Source: Betaproteobacteria bacterium Ga0077532
Lineage (GTDB): Bacteria > Pseudomonadota > Gammaproteobacteria > Burkholderiales > Ga0077523
Direction: 5' to 3'
Assembly: GCA_001464895.1 (NCBI GenBank)
Contig: LNEE01000017.1
Location: forward strand, 138,817-202,816
DNA length: 64,000 nt
Notes under the pieces: generated by a model
What the model was told of the DNA's origin: nothing
What the model saw: only the letters and a program-made list of their open reading frames with translations
The model's database searches: none
Made by a program: the position numbers and the translations under genes
Shown here: in pieces, positions 1 to 9,738 of the stretch
How positions within the stretch are numbered: the first letter of the stretch is position 1
Layout: each line of letters opens with the position of its first letter

Positions 1-319
1 GGCAGTAGCAGAGGCAGTCTTCGGTGAAATAGCCGGCGTCGTTCAGCATGCACGCGTAGACCGACTTGCCGGGGTACACCTTCGAAAGATCGCGCGTCGT
101 CGCGTGGCTCAGCACAGCGGTGGCATCCGGCCCGGTGACGTGCACTTTCTTGAGGCCGCTCACGTCCATCAGCCCGGCCTTGGTGCGGATCGCGGCGTAC
201 TCCTCGTCGACGTCCTTCGCATAGGTCCATGCCGTTCCCATGCCGTTCCAGTCTTCCAGTTTCGAGCCGAGCGCGAGGTGACGCGCCTGCAGTGCAGAGG
301 TACGCGACAAGGGACTCAT
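1..319 (-). CDS. Aminomethyltransferase (GcvT/DmdA-like folate-binding) family protein, N-terminal part; runs off the window edge
   Basis: Manual translation from ATG at 319: MSPLSRTSALQARHLALGSKLEDWNGMGTAWTY...EEYAAIRTKAGLMDVSGLKKVHVTGPDA, a typical GcvT-family N-terminus. Not in the ORF track because it is truncated. Confidence 0.8.
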   Translation of the reverse strand, partial: MSPLSRTSALQARHLALGSKLEDWNGMGTAWTYAKDVDEEYAAIRTKAGLMDVSGLKKVHVTGPDATAVLSHATTRDLSKVYPGKSVYACMLNDAGYFTEDCLCYC

Positions 320-484
320 GGCAATGGGTTCTCCGGTGTTCGATGGAAGGCGGGGCGATCGGGGCGCACGTCGCTGGCGCGTGCGTGCTCGGGATCGACA
401 TCGGGCAGCAAGGCCCGGACCATCGACGTCGGATCGACGTGCAACCACTCCACTGGCGCGCGAGCCCGGCGCGCCGCGTACCCG

Positions 485-1570
485 TCAGACCGTACGCACG
501 GGCGCGCCGACCTCCGTCGGGACCCGCGGGGCGAGCGCGCACAGCAGTTCGTAGCCCACCGTCCCCGCCGACCTCGCCACCTCATCGACCGACAGACCTT
601 CACCCCAGAGCGTGACCTCGCTGCCCACCCGGGCCGCGGGCGCGGGCGTGAGGTCGATGGTGATCATGTCCATCGAGACGCGACCCACGATGCGGGTCCG
701 GATGCCGTCCACGAGCATCGGAGTCCCCGTGGGTGCGTGCCGCGGGTAGCCGTCGCCATAGCCACAGGCGACGACGCCGATCCGCATGGCGCGCTCGGCG
801 ACGAACTGCCCGCCATAGCCGACGCGATCACCCGCCGCGAGCGTCTGGACAGCGATGACGCGGGATCGAAGCGTCATCACGGGACGCAGCCCGAGATCGT
901 CCGCGGACCGGTCGTCGAAGGGCGAAGCGCCGTAGAGCAGGATCCCGGGCCGCACCCAGTCGCCCCGGGCGCGCGGATGCGCGATGAGGGCCGCCGAGTT
1001 CGCCGCCGATCTCGGCAGCGCGGCGCCGTCACACGCTGCTTCGAACACGGCGAACGCGGCATCGATGCCGTCGGCGCGCTCGGCGTCGGCGAAGTGGGTC
1101 ATCAGCGTGATGTCGGCGACCGCCGGCAGCGTCCGGAGCGTCGCGAGGGCCTCCCGGAACGGTCCCACCCGAAAGCCGAGCCGATTCATGCCGCTGTTGC
1201 ACTTCAACAGGACTCCGACGGGCGCCGAGGGCGGGGCCACTTCGAGCATGCGCACCTGCCCGGCCTCGTGAACCACCACATGCACGCGATGGCGCGCCGC
1301 CTCGTGGAGATCGCGCTGCTCGAAGCATCCCTCCAGCAGCACGATCCGCCGGTCGAACCCGGAGGCGCGGATGGCGATGGCGTCCTCGAGATCGAGCACG
1401 GCGATGCCGTCGGCCTCGGACAGGGCGGGCAGTACATGGGAGAGGCGGTGTCCGTAGGCTGCGGCCTTGGCAACGGCGAGCACGCGCGCTGCACCGGCAT
1501 GCCTCCGCGCGACGCCGAGATTGTGGCGAAGGGCATCGAGATCGATACTGGCGAGGATGGGACGAAACAT
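485..1570 (-). CDS. alr: Alanine racemase
   Basis: RPILASIDLDALRHN; PLP lysine motif VAKAAAYGH; NSGMNRLG; VGYGG; GYGDGYPR; GRVSMD. Confidence 0.95.
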   Translation of the reverse strand: MFRPILASIDLDALRHNLGVARRHAGAARVLAVAKAAAYGHRLSHVLPALSEADGIAVLDLEDAIAIRASGFDRRIVLLEGCFEQRDLHEAARHRVHVVVHEAGQVRMLEVAPPSAPVGVLLKCNSGMNRLGFRVGPFREALATLRTLPAVADITLMTHFADAERADGIDAAFAVFEAACDGAALPRSAANSAALIAHPRARGDWVRPGILLYGASPFDDRSADDLGLRPVMTLRSRVIAVQTLAAGDRVGYGGQFVAERAMRIGVVACGYGDGYPRHAPTGTPMLVDGIRTRIVGRVSMDMITIDLTPAPAARVGSEVTLWGEGLSVDEVARSAGTVGYELLCALAPRVPTEVGAPVRTV

Positions 1571-1840
1571 GCGGAGCGGCTTTGAAATCGGTGGATCGCG
1601 CGGGGCGACGGACAGACGAATTGTACGTTCGCATACCTTCACGGACGGCCGGTCATCCCCATACGGAACGGCGGGGGAATCATGGTATAAATCGGCGCCC
1701 GCCAGGGAGCGGAGCCATGACACACACCACTCCGCCCAATGAAATCTGCGACATCCGCGCAGGCATCGCATGCCCAGGAAGCACAGGCGCTGCATTCCAG
1801 CTCCGATGGAAACTCCTCGCCAGCCCCGCGACATGACCGC

Positions 1841-3088
1841 ATGAATCGCGGCTTCTACACGATCCTCGCCGCACAGTTCTTCTCGGCCCTGGCCGACAAC
1901 GCGCTGCTGTTCGCCGCGATCTCGCTGCTCTCCAGTCTCGAAGCCGCAGACTGGCAGACGTACGTCCTGCAGCAGTTCTTCGTCTTCTCGTACATCATCC
2001 TCGCGCCCTACGTCGGCGCGTTCGCGGACGCCCTGCCGAAGGGGCGCGTCATGTTCATCAGCAACACGATGAAGATCGCGGGGTGCGCAGCGATGCTCGT
2101 CGGGCTCCACCCCCTCTTCGCGTACGGCATCGTCGGGATCGGCGCAGCGACCTACTCGCCGGCGAAGTACGGGATCCTCACCGAAGTCCTGCCTCCGCAC
2201 CGTCTCGTCGCGGCGAACGGCTGGATGGAGGGCCTCACCGTCGCATCGATCATCCTCGGCGCCATCATCGGCGGCATCATGGTGGGCCCGCAGTTCTCCG
2301 AATGGCTCTACGGGGCGTTGCCCGCGCTGCGCAGCATCCCGCCGCTCGACACCGCGCCCGAGATCGCGATCCTGGTGATCCTCGGACTGTACGGTCTAGC
2401 GGCAGCGTTCAACCTCCGCATCCCCAAGCTTCCCGTCGATCACAAGATGGCGCGGAAGGACCCGATCTTCCTGATCCGCGACTTCTCACGGAGCTTCATG
2501 CAGCTGTGGCGCGACCCGCTGGGCCAGGTCTCGCTGGCGGTCACCACGCTCTTCTGGGGTGCCGGCGCGACGCTCCGGCTGATCGTGCTGCAATGGTCCA
2601 AGGTCGCCCTGGGGTTCTCGCAACAGCAGGCGGCACTGCTCACGATCGTGGTGGGGATCGGCATCGCATTCGGATCCGTGGCCGCAGCGCGCTACGTGAA
2701 ACTGGAGCGCGCGGTGAAGGTCCTGCCCGTGGGCATCGCGATGGGGCTGATCGTGATGTCGATGATCTTCGTGACGGACTGGCGGGTCGCGGTCGCGTTG
2801 CTCATCGTGATCGGTGCGCTGGGCGGGTATTTCGTCGTGCCGATGAACGCCCTGCTCCAGCATCGCGGGCACAAGCTGATGGGCGCCGGACACTCGATCG
2901 CCGTGCAGAACTTCAACGAGAACCTCTGCATCTTCGGGATGCTCGGCCTGTCGGCGGGGATGAGCGCGGCCGGGCTGTCTATCTACACGATCATCGTCGT
3001 CTTCGGGTTGATCGTCGCCTCTTCGATGTACGCGCTGTACCGTCGACATGGGCACGACCAGGACAACGAGCCGCCTCCGACCGACTGA
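1841..3088 (+). CDS. lplT: Lysophospholipid transporter LplT (MFS)
   Basis: MNRGFYTILAAQFFSALADNALL; YSPAKYGILTE; AGHSIAVQNFNEN; divergent from alr. Confidence 0.92.
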   Translation: MNRGFYTILAAQFFSALADNALLFAAISLLSSLEAADWQTYVLQQFFVFSYIILAPYVGAFADALPKGRVMFISNTMKIAGCAAMLVGLHPLFAYGIVGIGAATYSPAKYGILTEVLPPHRLVAANGWMEGLTVASIILGAIIGGIMVGPQFSEWLYGALPALRSIPPLDTAPEIAILVILGLYGLAAAFNLRIPKLPVDHKMARKDPIFLIRDFSRSFMQLWRDPLGQVSLAVTTLFWGAGATLRLIVLQWSKVALGFSQQQAALLTIVVGIGIAFGSVAAARYVKLERAVKVLPVGIAMGLIVMSMIFVTDWRVAVALLIVIGALGGYFVVPMNALLQHRGHKLMGAGHSIAVQNFNENLCIFGMLGLSAGMSAAGLSIYTIIVVFGLIVASSMYALYRRHGHDQDNEPPPTD

Positions 3089-3111
3089 CGCCGGTCAGGG
3101 CCGGGGGACGA

Positions 3112-3609
3112 TCAGAGCAGAACGGGGGCGTCGGGAAGCTCGTTGCGGCCCGTGCCCGTGGGCGGGAAGTGCGTGGCGATCAACGCCCCGACGGCACGGA
3201 TTCCGGTGACCGCGCCCTCCTCGAAGCGCCCGTCGTGAAAGCACGCCTCCATGGCCCTGCAGACGGCTTCCCACGCTTCCGCACCGGCACGGGCGTGGAT
3301 GCCTCGGTCCGCGACGATCTCCACATCCCGATCGGCAAGCAGCAGGTAGATCAGGACACCGTTGTTGTGTTCGGTGTCCCAGACCCGCAGATCGGAGAAC
3401 ACCTGCAGCGCGCGGTCCTGCCCCATGACGCCGGCCAGGAGATCGCCGGTGGGCAGATCTGCCTCCACCGCGAAGCGGATCTGCCCGGCGTGGGTGCGCT
3501 CCACCTCGCCGATGACGGTCTCGATCCGGGCCAGAGTCGCCGCGGGAAACGCGCGGGAGACGGTGGAGCCACCGGTACGCCAATGCCTGAGGAGTCGGGA
3601 GAGATCCAT
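3112..3609 (-). CDS. TPM domain protein (short form)
   Basis: ERTHAGQIRFAVE; VWDTEHNNGVLIYLLLADRDVEIVADRGI; NELPDAP. Confidence 0.88.
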   Translation of the reverse strand: MDLSRLLRHWRTGGSTVSRAFPAATLARIETVIGEVERTHAGQIRFAVEADLPTGDLLAGVMGQDRALQVFSDLRVWDTEHNNGVLIYLLLADRDVEIVADRGIHARAGAEAWEAVCRAMEACFHDGRFEEGAVTGIRAVGALIATHFPPTGTGRNELPDAPVLL

Positions 3610-3610
3610 C

Positions 3611-4492
3611 TCACCACCGCCCCGACGCGCCGCCACCACCGAATCCGCCGCCACCGCCACCGAATCCGCCACCTCTGCCGCCCGACCATCCGCCGGAACC
3701 GCCGGACCAGCCACCGCGGCCGCCGTGCATTCCCCGCATCGCGGAACTCCCCCCGGCAAGCGTGAAGACGAAGGCGATGACCGCCACGATGGCGCCGACC
3801 GTGATCGCGCTGGCGATGAACCATCCGAGCACGCCTGCCCCGGCACCCACCGCCAGTGCAGCAGGCACCCGACCGATGAGCGACCGCAGTATTCCGCCGA
3901 CGACGACCACCAGGATGAAGCCCACCACGAAATAGCCTTCGAGGTTCTGCAGCATGCCGGGCTCGGCGCTGCCCCGGGCGCGCGGCGCGACGGCAGGCAG
4001 GGGTTCGCCATCGATGATTCCGACGATGGCGTCGAGCCCGGCGGTGACGCCGCCCGCGAAGTCGTCCTCCTTGAACCGGGGGACGATCACGTCGCTCACG
4101 ATGCGCTTGGCGATGGCATCGTTCAGCGCACCTTCGAGGCCGTAACCCACTTCGATGCGCAGCGCGCGATCCTGCTTCGCGACCACCAGCAGGGCTCCGT
4201 CGTCCACGCCCTTGCGACCGATCTTCCAGGCCTCGGCGACCCGCAGCGCGTACTGCTCGACGGTCTCGGGCGCTGTGGTCGGCACCAGCAGCACGGCCAC
4301 CTGGCTGCCCTTGCGTCGTTCGAGATCGGCCGCCTTGGCGTCGAGCGCCGCCACGACCTCCGGCGACAGCGTCGCGGTGAGATCGGTCACCCGCGCCACG
4401 GGCGGGATCGCGACTTCGGCATGCCCCACACCCGCGAGGGCGAGGAACAGACCTGCGATCCAGCCGGTGAGCGCGCGGCGCATGCCCGTCAC
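3611..4492 (-). CDS. TPM domain / YgcG family membrane protein
   Basis: Signal peptide; VTDLTATL; WKIGRKGVDDGALLVVA; IEVGYGLEG; TM helices; Gly-rich GGGGASGRW tail. Confidence 0.9.
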   Translation of the reverse strand: MTGMRRALTGWIAGLFLALAGVGHAEVAIPPVARVTDLTATLSPEVVAALDAKAADLERRKGSQVAVLLVPTTAPETVEQYALRVAEAWKIGRKGVDDGALLVVAKQDRALRIEVGYGLEGALNDAIAKRIVSDVIVPRFKEDDFAGGVTAGLDAIVGIIDGEPLPAVAPRARGSAEPGMLQNLEGYFVVGFILVVVVGGILRSLIGRVPAALAVGAGAGVLGWFIASAITVGAIVAVIAFVFTLAGGSSAMRGMHGGRGGWSGGSGGWSGGRGGGFGGGGGGFGGGGASGRW

Positions 4493-5100
4493 TTCGCGGG
4501 AGCTGGTTGGGTGGAGAAGTCGACCACCGGGGGCTTCGCGATCGCGGCTTCGTTCTCGACGGTGAAGCTCGCCTTCTCCTTGTAGCCGAAGACCATCGCC
4601 GTGAGGTTGCCCGGGAACTGGCGGATCGACACGTTGTAGGCCTGCACCGATTGGATGTACCGGTTGCGGGCCACCGTGATGCGGTTCTCGGTGCCCTCCA
4701 GCTGGGCCTGGAGATCGCGGAAGTTCGCGTCCGACTTGAGCTGCGGATAGTTCTCGGAGATCACCAGGAGCCGCGACAGGGCCGAGGTCATCTCACCCTG
4801 CGCCTGGATGAACTTCTGCATGCCCGCCGAATCGTTCACGAGTTCCGGCGTCGCCTGGATGCTGCCCACCCTGGAGCGCGCCTCGGTCACCCCGAGGAAG
4901 ACGTCCTTCTCCTGCTGCGCGAATCCCTTCACGGCGGCCACCAGGTTCGGAACGAGGTCGGCCCGACGCTGATACTGGTTGAGGACTTCGGCCCAGGACG
5001 CCTTCACCTGCTCGTCCTGCGCCTGCATGGTGTTGTAGCCACAGCCGGACAGCAGCAGCGAGAACGCCGCCATCGCGATCCAGCCCAGTCGCTTCCACAT
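4489..5100 (-). CDS. LemA family lipoprotein
   Basis: Lipobox LSGC; QYQRRADLVPNLV; LEGTENRITVARNRY. Confidence 0.93.
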   Translation of the reverse strand: MWKRLGWIAMAAFSLLLSGCGYNTMQAQDEQVKASWAEVLNQYQRRADLVPNLVAAVKGFAQQEKDVFLGVTEARSRVGSIQATPELVNDSAGMQKFIQAQGEMTSALSRLLVISENYPQLKSDANFRDLQAQLEGTENRITVARNRYIQSVQAYNVSIRQFPGNLTAMVFGYKEKASFTVENEAAIAKPPVVDFSTQPAPAK

Positions 5101-5165
5101 GAATGCTCACTCCTGTTGAGGCGCCTCCGCGACGCCTGTTGGGTATGGGGGCGTCCCCCGGGAAA

Positions 5166-5945
5166 TCAAGGCGCTCCTGCCGTCGCCTCGCTGCTACGCG
5201 ACGCCGTGAGCGCCTGCATGGTGTCCATTGCGAAGCAGAGATCCTCCCAGGCCTTCGCCTTGTCGGGCAGGTTCCGCAGGAGGTACGCCGGGTGGTAGGT
5301 CACCACGAGCGGAACGCCCCGATAGTCGTGGACGCGTCCCCGCAGCGAACCCACCGGCACGTCGCGGCCGAGCAGGTTCGTGGCAGCGATCTTGCCGAGG
5401 GCCACGATCAGCGTCGGCCCGACGAGTTCGATTTGCCTGCGCAGGAAGGCGCTGCAGGCCTGCGCCTCGGCGGCTTCCGGATTGCGGTTGCCCGGTGGTC
5501 GGCACTTCACGATGTTGGCGATGTACACACCGTTGCCGCGCGCGATGCCGATCGACGCCAGCATGTTGTCCAGCAGGCGCCCCGCCTGGCCTACGAACGG
5601 CTCGCCGCGCTGGTCTTCCTCGGCGCCCGGGCCCTCGCCGACGAAAAGCCATCGCGCGGAACGGTCACCGACACCGAATACCGTACGCGTACGGGTCGGC
5701 GCCAGCGCACAGGCGGTGCACCTCTCGACCTCGGCTTCGAGCGCAGTCCAGTCCATGCGCAGGATCCGCGACGCGCGATCGTCAGCAGGCCGCTCAGCGG
5801 GATCGACGGGCGCCGCCGCCCCGGCGACGGAAACATCAGTCTCCGCTCCGGATGCGCTCGCGCCAGCGGGCTTGCCCGACGCCGTGCGCGACACCCAGCG
5901 CGGACCGAGTCCGAGGACATCCATCACTTCGCTGCGCGTTCTCAC
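5166..5945 (-). CDS. Uracil-DNA glycosylase family 4 (Fe-S)
   Basis: CTACAL; GEGPG; PFVGQAGRLL; KCRPPGNR; TYHPAYLLR. The GTG start overlaps the rimI stop. Confidence 0.92.
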   Translation of the reverse strand: MRTRSEVMDVLGLGPRWVSRTASGKPAGASASGAETDVSVAGAAAPVDPAERPADDRASRILRMDWTALEAEVERCTACALAPTRTRTVFGVGDRSARWLFVGEGPGAEEDQRGEPFVGQAGRLLDNMLASIGIARGNGVYIANIVKCRPPGNRNPEAAEAQACSAFLRRQIELVGPTLIVALGKIAATNLLGRDVPVGSLRGRVHDYRGVPLVVTYHPAYLLRNLPDKAKAWEDLCFAMDTMQALTASRSSEATAGAP

Positions 5946-6397
5946 AGGTCCTTTCCCATCAGGATGGCATCCTCGCGGCCGTTGGCGGCCGGATAGTAGT
6001 TGCGACGCACGGCCACCTCGCGATAGCCGGCACCAGCGTAGAGGGAACGGGCTGGCGCATTCGAGACGCGCACTTCCAGGAACATGATCCGGGCCCGGAA
6101 CTCCCGCGCGCGCGCCTCGAGGAACGCGAGGAGCAGTCGCCCGAACCCCTGGCGCTGCAGGGGCAGCGCCACGCTCAGATTGAGCAGGTGCGCCTCGTCG
6201 ACGCCCATCATCAGCACGCCATAGGCGCAAAGGGCATCGCCGCGCTCGACCACCCAGCAGGTGTGTCCGGCGGTGAGCGAATCGCGGAAGTTCCCCTGGG
6301 TCCACGGGTGACTGTAGACCTCCGCCTCGATGGTCGCCACCGCGGCGAGATCCCGCTCCCGCATCGGGCGATAGCGGAGGTCGGCGGCAATGCTCAT
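5942..6397 (-). CDS. rimI: Ribosomal protein S18 alanine N-acetyltransferase
   Basis: EAHLLNLSV; QRQGFGR; FLEVRVSN; RRNYYP...EDAILM; follows tsaB. Confidence 0.93.
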   Translation of the reverse strand: MSIAADLRYRPMRERDLAAVATIEAEVYSHPWTQGNFRDSLTAGHTCWVVERGDALCAYGVLMMGVDEAHLLNLSVALPLQRQGFGRLLLAFLEARAREFRARIMFLEVRVSNAPARSLYAGAGYREVAVRRNYYPAANGREDAILMGKDL

Positions 6398-7065
6398 CGC
6401 TCGTCGACCCGCAGTGCCACCTTGTCGCGCACGTAGACGGGCAGGAGCGTCTCGGGCCCGGCCGTGAAGCCGCCGGGATGACGGGCGGCCGAGAGCGCTG
6501 CCACGTGCCTGGCCTCGGTGATCGCTGCCGCGTCGATGCGTGTCAACGCGCCGGGCCATCGCACGTCGAGCCCTTCGGCGTAGCGCGCGAAGGCGTTGCC
6601 GCCGCCGACGACATCGCCGACCGGGAGGTCGGGCAACGCAGAAGGAGGCGCGACGACAGGTCCGATGGAGGTGACGAGCAGCCCGTGTTCGCGGCGGCAG
6701 GCGGCGAAGTAGATCTCGCCCATGCGTGCGTCCACGCAAGCCACCGCGATCGGCGCATCGAGCCCCCAGGCCAGCGCCTCGAGCGTGCTCACGCTGGCGA
6801 CGGGAAGCCCGGCACCGAAAGCAAGGCCCTGGGCGGCCGACACCGCGATCCGCAGGCCGGTGAAGGATCCGGGGCCGACTGCCACGGCAACACCATCCAG
6901 GGCGCCGAGCGCGAGTCCGGCCTCGTCGAGGAGGGATCGCACCATGGGCAGGAGGAGCTGGGAATGGCGCTGGCCGGCGAGCTCCAGGCGCTGCAGCACT
7001 TCACCGTCCACGAGAAGCGCGGCCGAGCAGTGTTCGGAGGAAGTGTCGAGTGCGAGGATCTTCAA
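6394..7065 (-). CDS. tsaB: tRNA threonylcarbamoyladenosine biosynthesis protein TsaB
   Basis: KILALDTS; GPGSFTGLRI; DARMGEIY; PVYVRDKVA; TTG start assumed. Confidence 0.93.
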   Translation of the reverse strand: MKILALDTSSEHCSAALLVDGEVLQRLELAGQRHSQLLLPMVRSLLDEAGLALGALDGVAVAVGPGSFTGLRIAVSAAQGLAFGAGLPVASVSTLEALAWGLDAPIAVACVDARMGEIYFAACRREHGLLVTSIGPVVAPPSALPDLPVGDVVGGGNAFARYAEGLDVRWPGALTRIDAAAITEARHVAALSAARHPGGFTAGPETLLPVYVRDKVALRVDER

Positions 7066-7207
7066 GGGGCTTCGAGGAAAGATGGCTCCGGGGAGACCCG
7101 GCGTGAGGCTGGAGGCAGGAGAAGCCGCGGGCTGGCGCTGGGAGGATCCGCCCACGGACACAAGTCAGCTTCGATTTTAGCGAAGGCAGTCGGTCGATCG
7201 TCGTTTG

Positions 7208-7213
7208 TATAAT
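7208..7213 (+). promoter_or_regulatory. Candidate sigma70 -10 element for the solute-binding protein gene
   Basis: Perfect TATAAT in an AT-richer patch about 110 bp upstream of the 7325 start; no clear -35. Confidence 0.45.
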
Positions 7214-7230
7214 CGTTGATTCTCTCAGGG

Positions 7231-7275
7231 CCGAGGTGCCCGAGGTACCCGAGGTACCCGAGGTACCTTGGTTAC
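7231..7275. repeat. 9-bp tandem repeat (CCGAGGTAC x4 plus one degenerate copy)
   Basis: ccgaggtgc-ccgaggtac-ccgaggtac-ccgaggtac-cttggttac, read directly. Confidence 0.9.
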
Positions 7276-7324
7276 CTGAGGGATCGGCAGCACCCACAAG
7301 TCAACAGTTCGAGGAGATTCCCCA

Positions 7325-8614
7325 GTGATCCGCTCCCTTGTCACCGCCACCGTCGGCACGCTGATGGCCGGCATGGTCGGCGCGCTCGCCGCCGGCAGCG
7401 CCATCGCCCAGGAGACCAAGCCCCTGCGCATCGGCGTCATCACGTTCCTCTCGGGCCCTGCTGCCGGACCCTTCGGCGTTCCCGCCAAGAACGCAGCGGA
7501 CCTCCTCGTGGAAGCCTTCAACAAGGGCGGCGTGGTACCGGGTTACGAACAGAAGGGGTTCGGCGGACGCCCCGTCGAACTGGTGTACGTGGACGAGGCC
7601 GGTGGTCCGACCAAGGTGGTGACGGAGTACCGCAACCTCGTGAGCCGCCAGAACGTCGACATCGTGATCGGCGTGATCTCGAGCGGCGACTGCCTCGCCG
7701 TCGCCCCGGTGGCCGAGGAGATGAAGAAGCTCACCGTCCTGTTCGACTGCTCGACCAACCGGATCTTCGAGGAGAACACCTACAAGTACGTGTTCCGTAC
7801 GACGACGATGGCCACCCAGGAGAACGTTGCAGCAGCCCGCTACGTGGCCGAGCAGTATCCGAATCTGAAGCAGTACTCCGGCATCAACCCGAACTACGCC
7901 TGGGGCCAGGACGCCTGGTCGGACTTCACCGAGTCGCTCAAGCAGCTGAAGCCGCAGGCCCAGATCGTCACGAACGTCACGCCCAAACTCGGCGCGGGCC
8001 AGTACAACACCGAAATCTCCGCCCTGGCCACCGGCAGCGCCGAGATCATGCAGAACTCCCTCTGGGGTGGCGACCTCGAGGCGTACATCCTGCAGGCCGC
8101 ACCGCGTGGGCTGCTGAAGAAGTCGCCCAACATCATCATCTGCGGCGACACGATCCTCGAACGTCTGGGGAACCAGTTGCCCGACGGCACGATGATCGGT
8201 GCGCGCGGTCCCAACGGCCCCTTCGCACCGGCGACGAAGCTGAACCAGTGGTTTGGTAAGGCCTACCGCGACCAGTTCAAGATGACCGCGGTGTATTCGT
8301 CGTATCACATGGCCACGGCCTTCTTCGGCGCGAAGGCGGCGTACGAGAAGGCGATGAAGGCAAAGAAGGCCGCGCCGACCGAGGAAGAAACGATCGCGGC
8401 CTTCGAGTATCTGAAGTTCGAGTCGGTCGCCGGCATCGTCGACATGTCGCTGGGCAAGGGGCATCAGGCGGTCCAGCACGTGCCCTACGGAACGATCCGC
8501 ATCGTAGATGGCAAGCCCACCCTCACGAACGTCAAGTACTACTCTCCCGAACAGGTGAGCCCGCCCGACGGCGTGAAAAGCATCGACTGGATCCGGAGCG
8601 GTTTCAAGCGCTGA
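7325..8614 (+). CDS. ABC transporter substrate-binding protein (type 1 periplasmic binding fold, branched-chain amino acid family), orphan
   Basis: Signal peptide; LRIGVITFLSGPAAGPFG; GVISSGDCLAVAPVAEE; NYAWGQDAW. Confidence 0.88.
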   Translation: MIRSLVTATVGTLMAGMVGALAAGSAIAQETKPLRIGVITFLSGPAAGPFGVPAKNAADLLVEAFNKGGVVPGYEQKGFGGRPVELVYVDEAGGPTKVVTEYRNLVSRQNVDIVIGVISSGDCLAVAPVAEEMKKLTVLFDCSTNRIFEENTYKYVFRTTTMATQENVAAARYVAEQYPNLKQYSGINPNYAWGQDAWSDFTESLKQLKPQAQIVTNVTPKLGAGQYNTEISALATGSAEIMQNSLWGGDLEAYILQAAPRGLLKKSPNIIICGDTILERLGNQLPDGTMIGARGPNGPFAPATKLNQWFGKAYRDQFKMTAVYSSYHMATAFFGAKAAYEKAMKAKKAAPTEEETIAAFEYLKFESVAGIVDMSLGKGHQAVQHVPYGTIRIVDGKPTLTNVKYYSPEQVSPPDGVKSIDWIRSGFKR

Positions 8615-8770
8615 GACAGGAAGGGTGGCCGATCCGGATCGGCCACGACGTCGTTCGCCGTACGCTCACCCCGGCCAGCCGTTCGGCCGGGGTGATGCAT
8701 TTTGGTTGTGCGGTCGGGCCTGCGCATTGCATGCTGCTCCATATCCCGATCCCTGGAACCGGAGCCGTCC

Positions 8771-9568
8771 ATGCCGAATGCGGAGCTGTTCTCGTGGTCC
8801 GGCCTTGGGCTGTTGTTCGTTCTCGGCTTGCGTCACGGCTTCGACCCGGACCACATCGCCGTGATAGACGGACTCACGCTGCGCGCCGAACAGCGACGTC
8901 CGGGTCTCGCCCCGTGGATCGGCACCCTCTTTTCCCTGGGTCACGGCGGCCTCGTCACGGTGATCGCTGTGGCGGTGAGTCTGCTGAGTGACCGACACCT
9001 GGCCCCCGAAGCCCTGGAAACCTTCGGTACCTGGGTACCCATCGGTCTGCTGCTGCTCGTGGGCACGTTCAATCTCCGCGCCCTGCTGGCCCCGGGTGAA
9101 TTCCAACCGATCGGCGCCCGCAGCCCACTGCTCCCGGAACGGTTGAAGCACTCCAGCCATCCGCTCGCGATCGTGTTGGTGGGTGTCTTGTTCGGACTGG
9201 TGTTCGACACTGCGACGCAGGCCGCGGCGTGGGGCTATGTGGCGACATCCAGCCACGGCCCCGTGCTTGCCCTCGCGATGGGACTCAGCTTCACCTCGGG
9301 CATGGCGGTGACCGACACGATCGACAGCCGGCTGCTCTCGCGGGTCCTGCGCAGAGCGAAGCGGGACGAAGCCGCAAGGTTCCGGCGCGTCCTCGGATGG
9401 ACGATCGTCGCCATGTCCTACGGTGTGGCCGCCTACGGCATAGCCCGCTGGTACCGACCGGCCATCGAACTGCCTGAGGGGGTGTGGCTCGCCGCCGGCA
9501 TCACCCTGGTCGCAGCCGTGGGCGCTGCCTATGTTTGGCTCTCGCGCGAATCGCGCCCCGGTACCTGA
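8771..9568 (+). CDS. NiCoT (HoxN/HupN/NixA)-like nickel/cobalt permease
   Basis: LGLRHGFDPDHIAVID; FSLGHG; GLVFDTATQ, which match the NiCoT signature motifs. Confidence 0.85.
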   Translation: MPNAELFSWSGLGLLFVLGLRHGFDPDHIAVIDGLTLRAEQRRPGLAPWIGTLFSLGHGGLVTVIAVAVSLLSDRHLAPEALETFGTWVPIGLLLLVGTFNLRALLAPGEFQPIGARSPLLPERLKHSSHPLAIVLVGVLFGLVFDTATQAAAWGYVATSSHGPVLALAMGLSFTSGMAVTDTIDSRLLSRVLRRAKRDEAARFRRVLGWTIVAMSYGVAAYGIARWYRPAIELPEGVWLAAGITLVAAVGAAYVWLSRESRPGT

Positions 9569-9643
9569 GCACGTCGCACGCTCGACGCCCCATCCGCAAG
9601 CCCCCGAATGCTGCGATCGTCGCATTTCCTGCACGAAAATGGG

Positions 9644-9658
9644 CGCAATGTGGTTGCA
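9644..9658. promoter_or_regulatory. Candidate Fur-family (Zur-like) operator, CGCAA-N5-TTGCA
   Basis: Near-palindrome 80 bp upstream of the Fur-family gene; a similar box lies upstream of dmeF. Confidence 0.45.
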
Positions 9659-9738
9659 TCTCGCCGCCTGCCGGCTGCCCCGTTGGACACCCTCGGGGCC
9701 CCCGTGACAGAATCCCGGGTACTGAATGAGGAATCGCC

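Noticed and set aside
104-1585. Long antisense or alternate-frame ORFs (e.g. 104..1585 +, 2083..3765 +, 17368..19161 +, 40532..42091 +, 50631..52496 -)
   Set aside because: These are shadow ORFs of real genes in high-GC DNA, Arg/Pro/Ala-rich and without motifs.
3612-3720. CCGCCACC-rich repeats
   Set aside because: They encode the normal Gly-rich tail of the TPM/YgcG protein.
7115-7230. Glycine riboswitch-like fragments (GGAGA, CGAAGG, CTCTCAGG)
   Set aside because: The expected helices could not be built, and a TATAAT sits inside the supposed aptamer. An Rfam scan would settle it.
7231-7275. Repeat as a CRISPR array or as a GTS-repeat ORF (7001..7297 -)
   Set aside because: The units are 9 bp with no spacers and no cas genes. 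The ORF overlaps tsaB out of frame and has no recognisable content.
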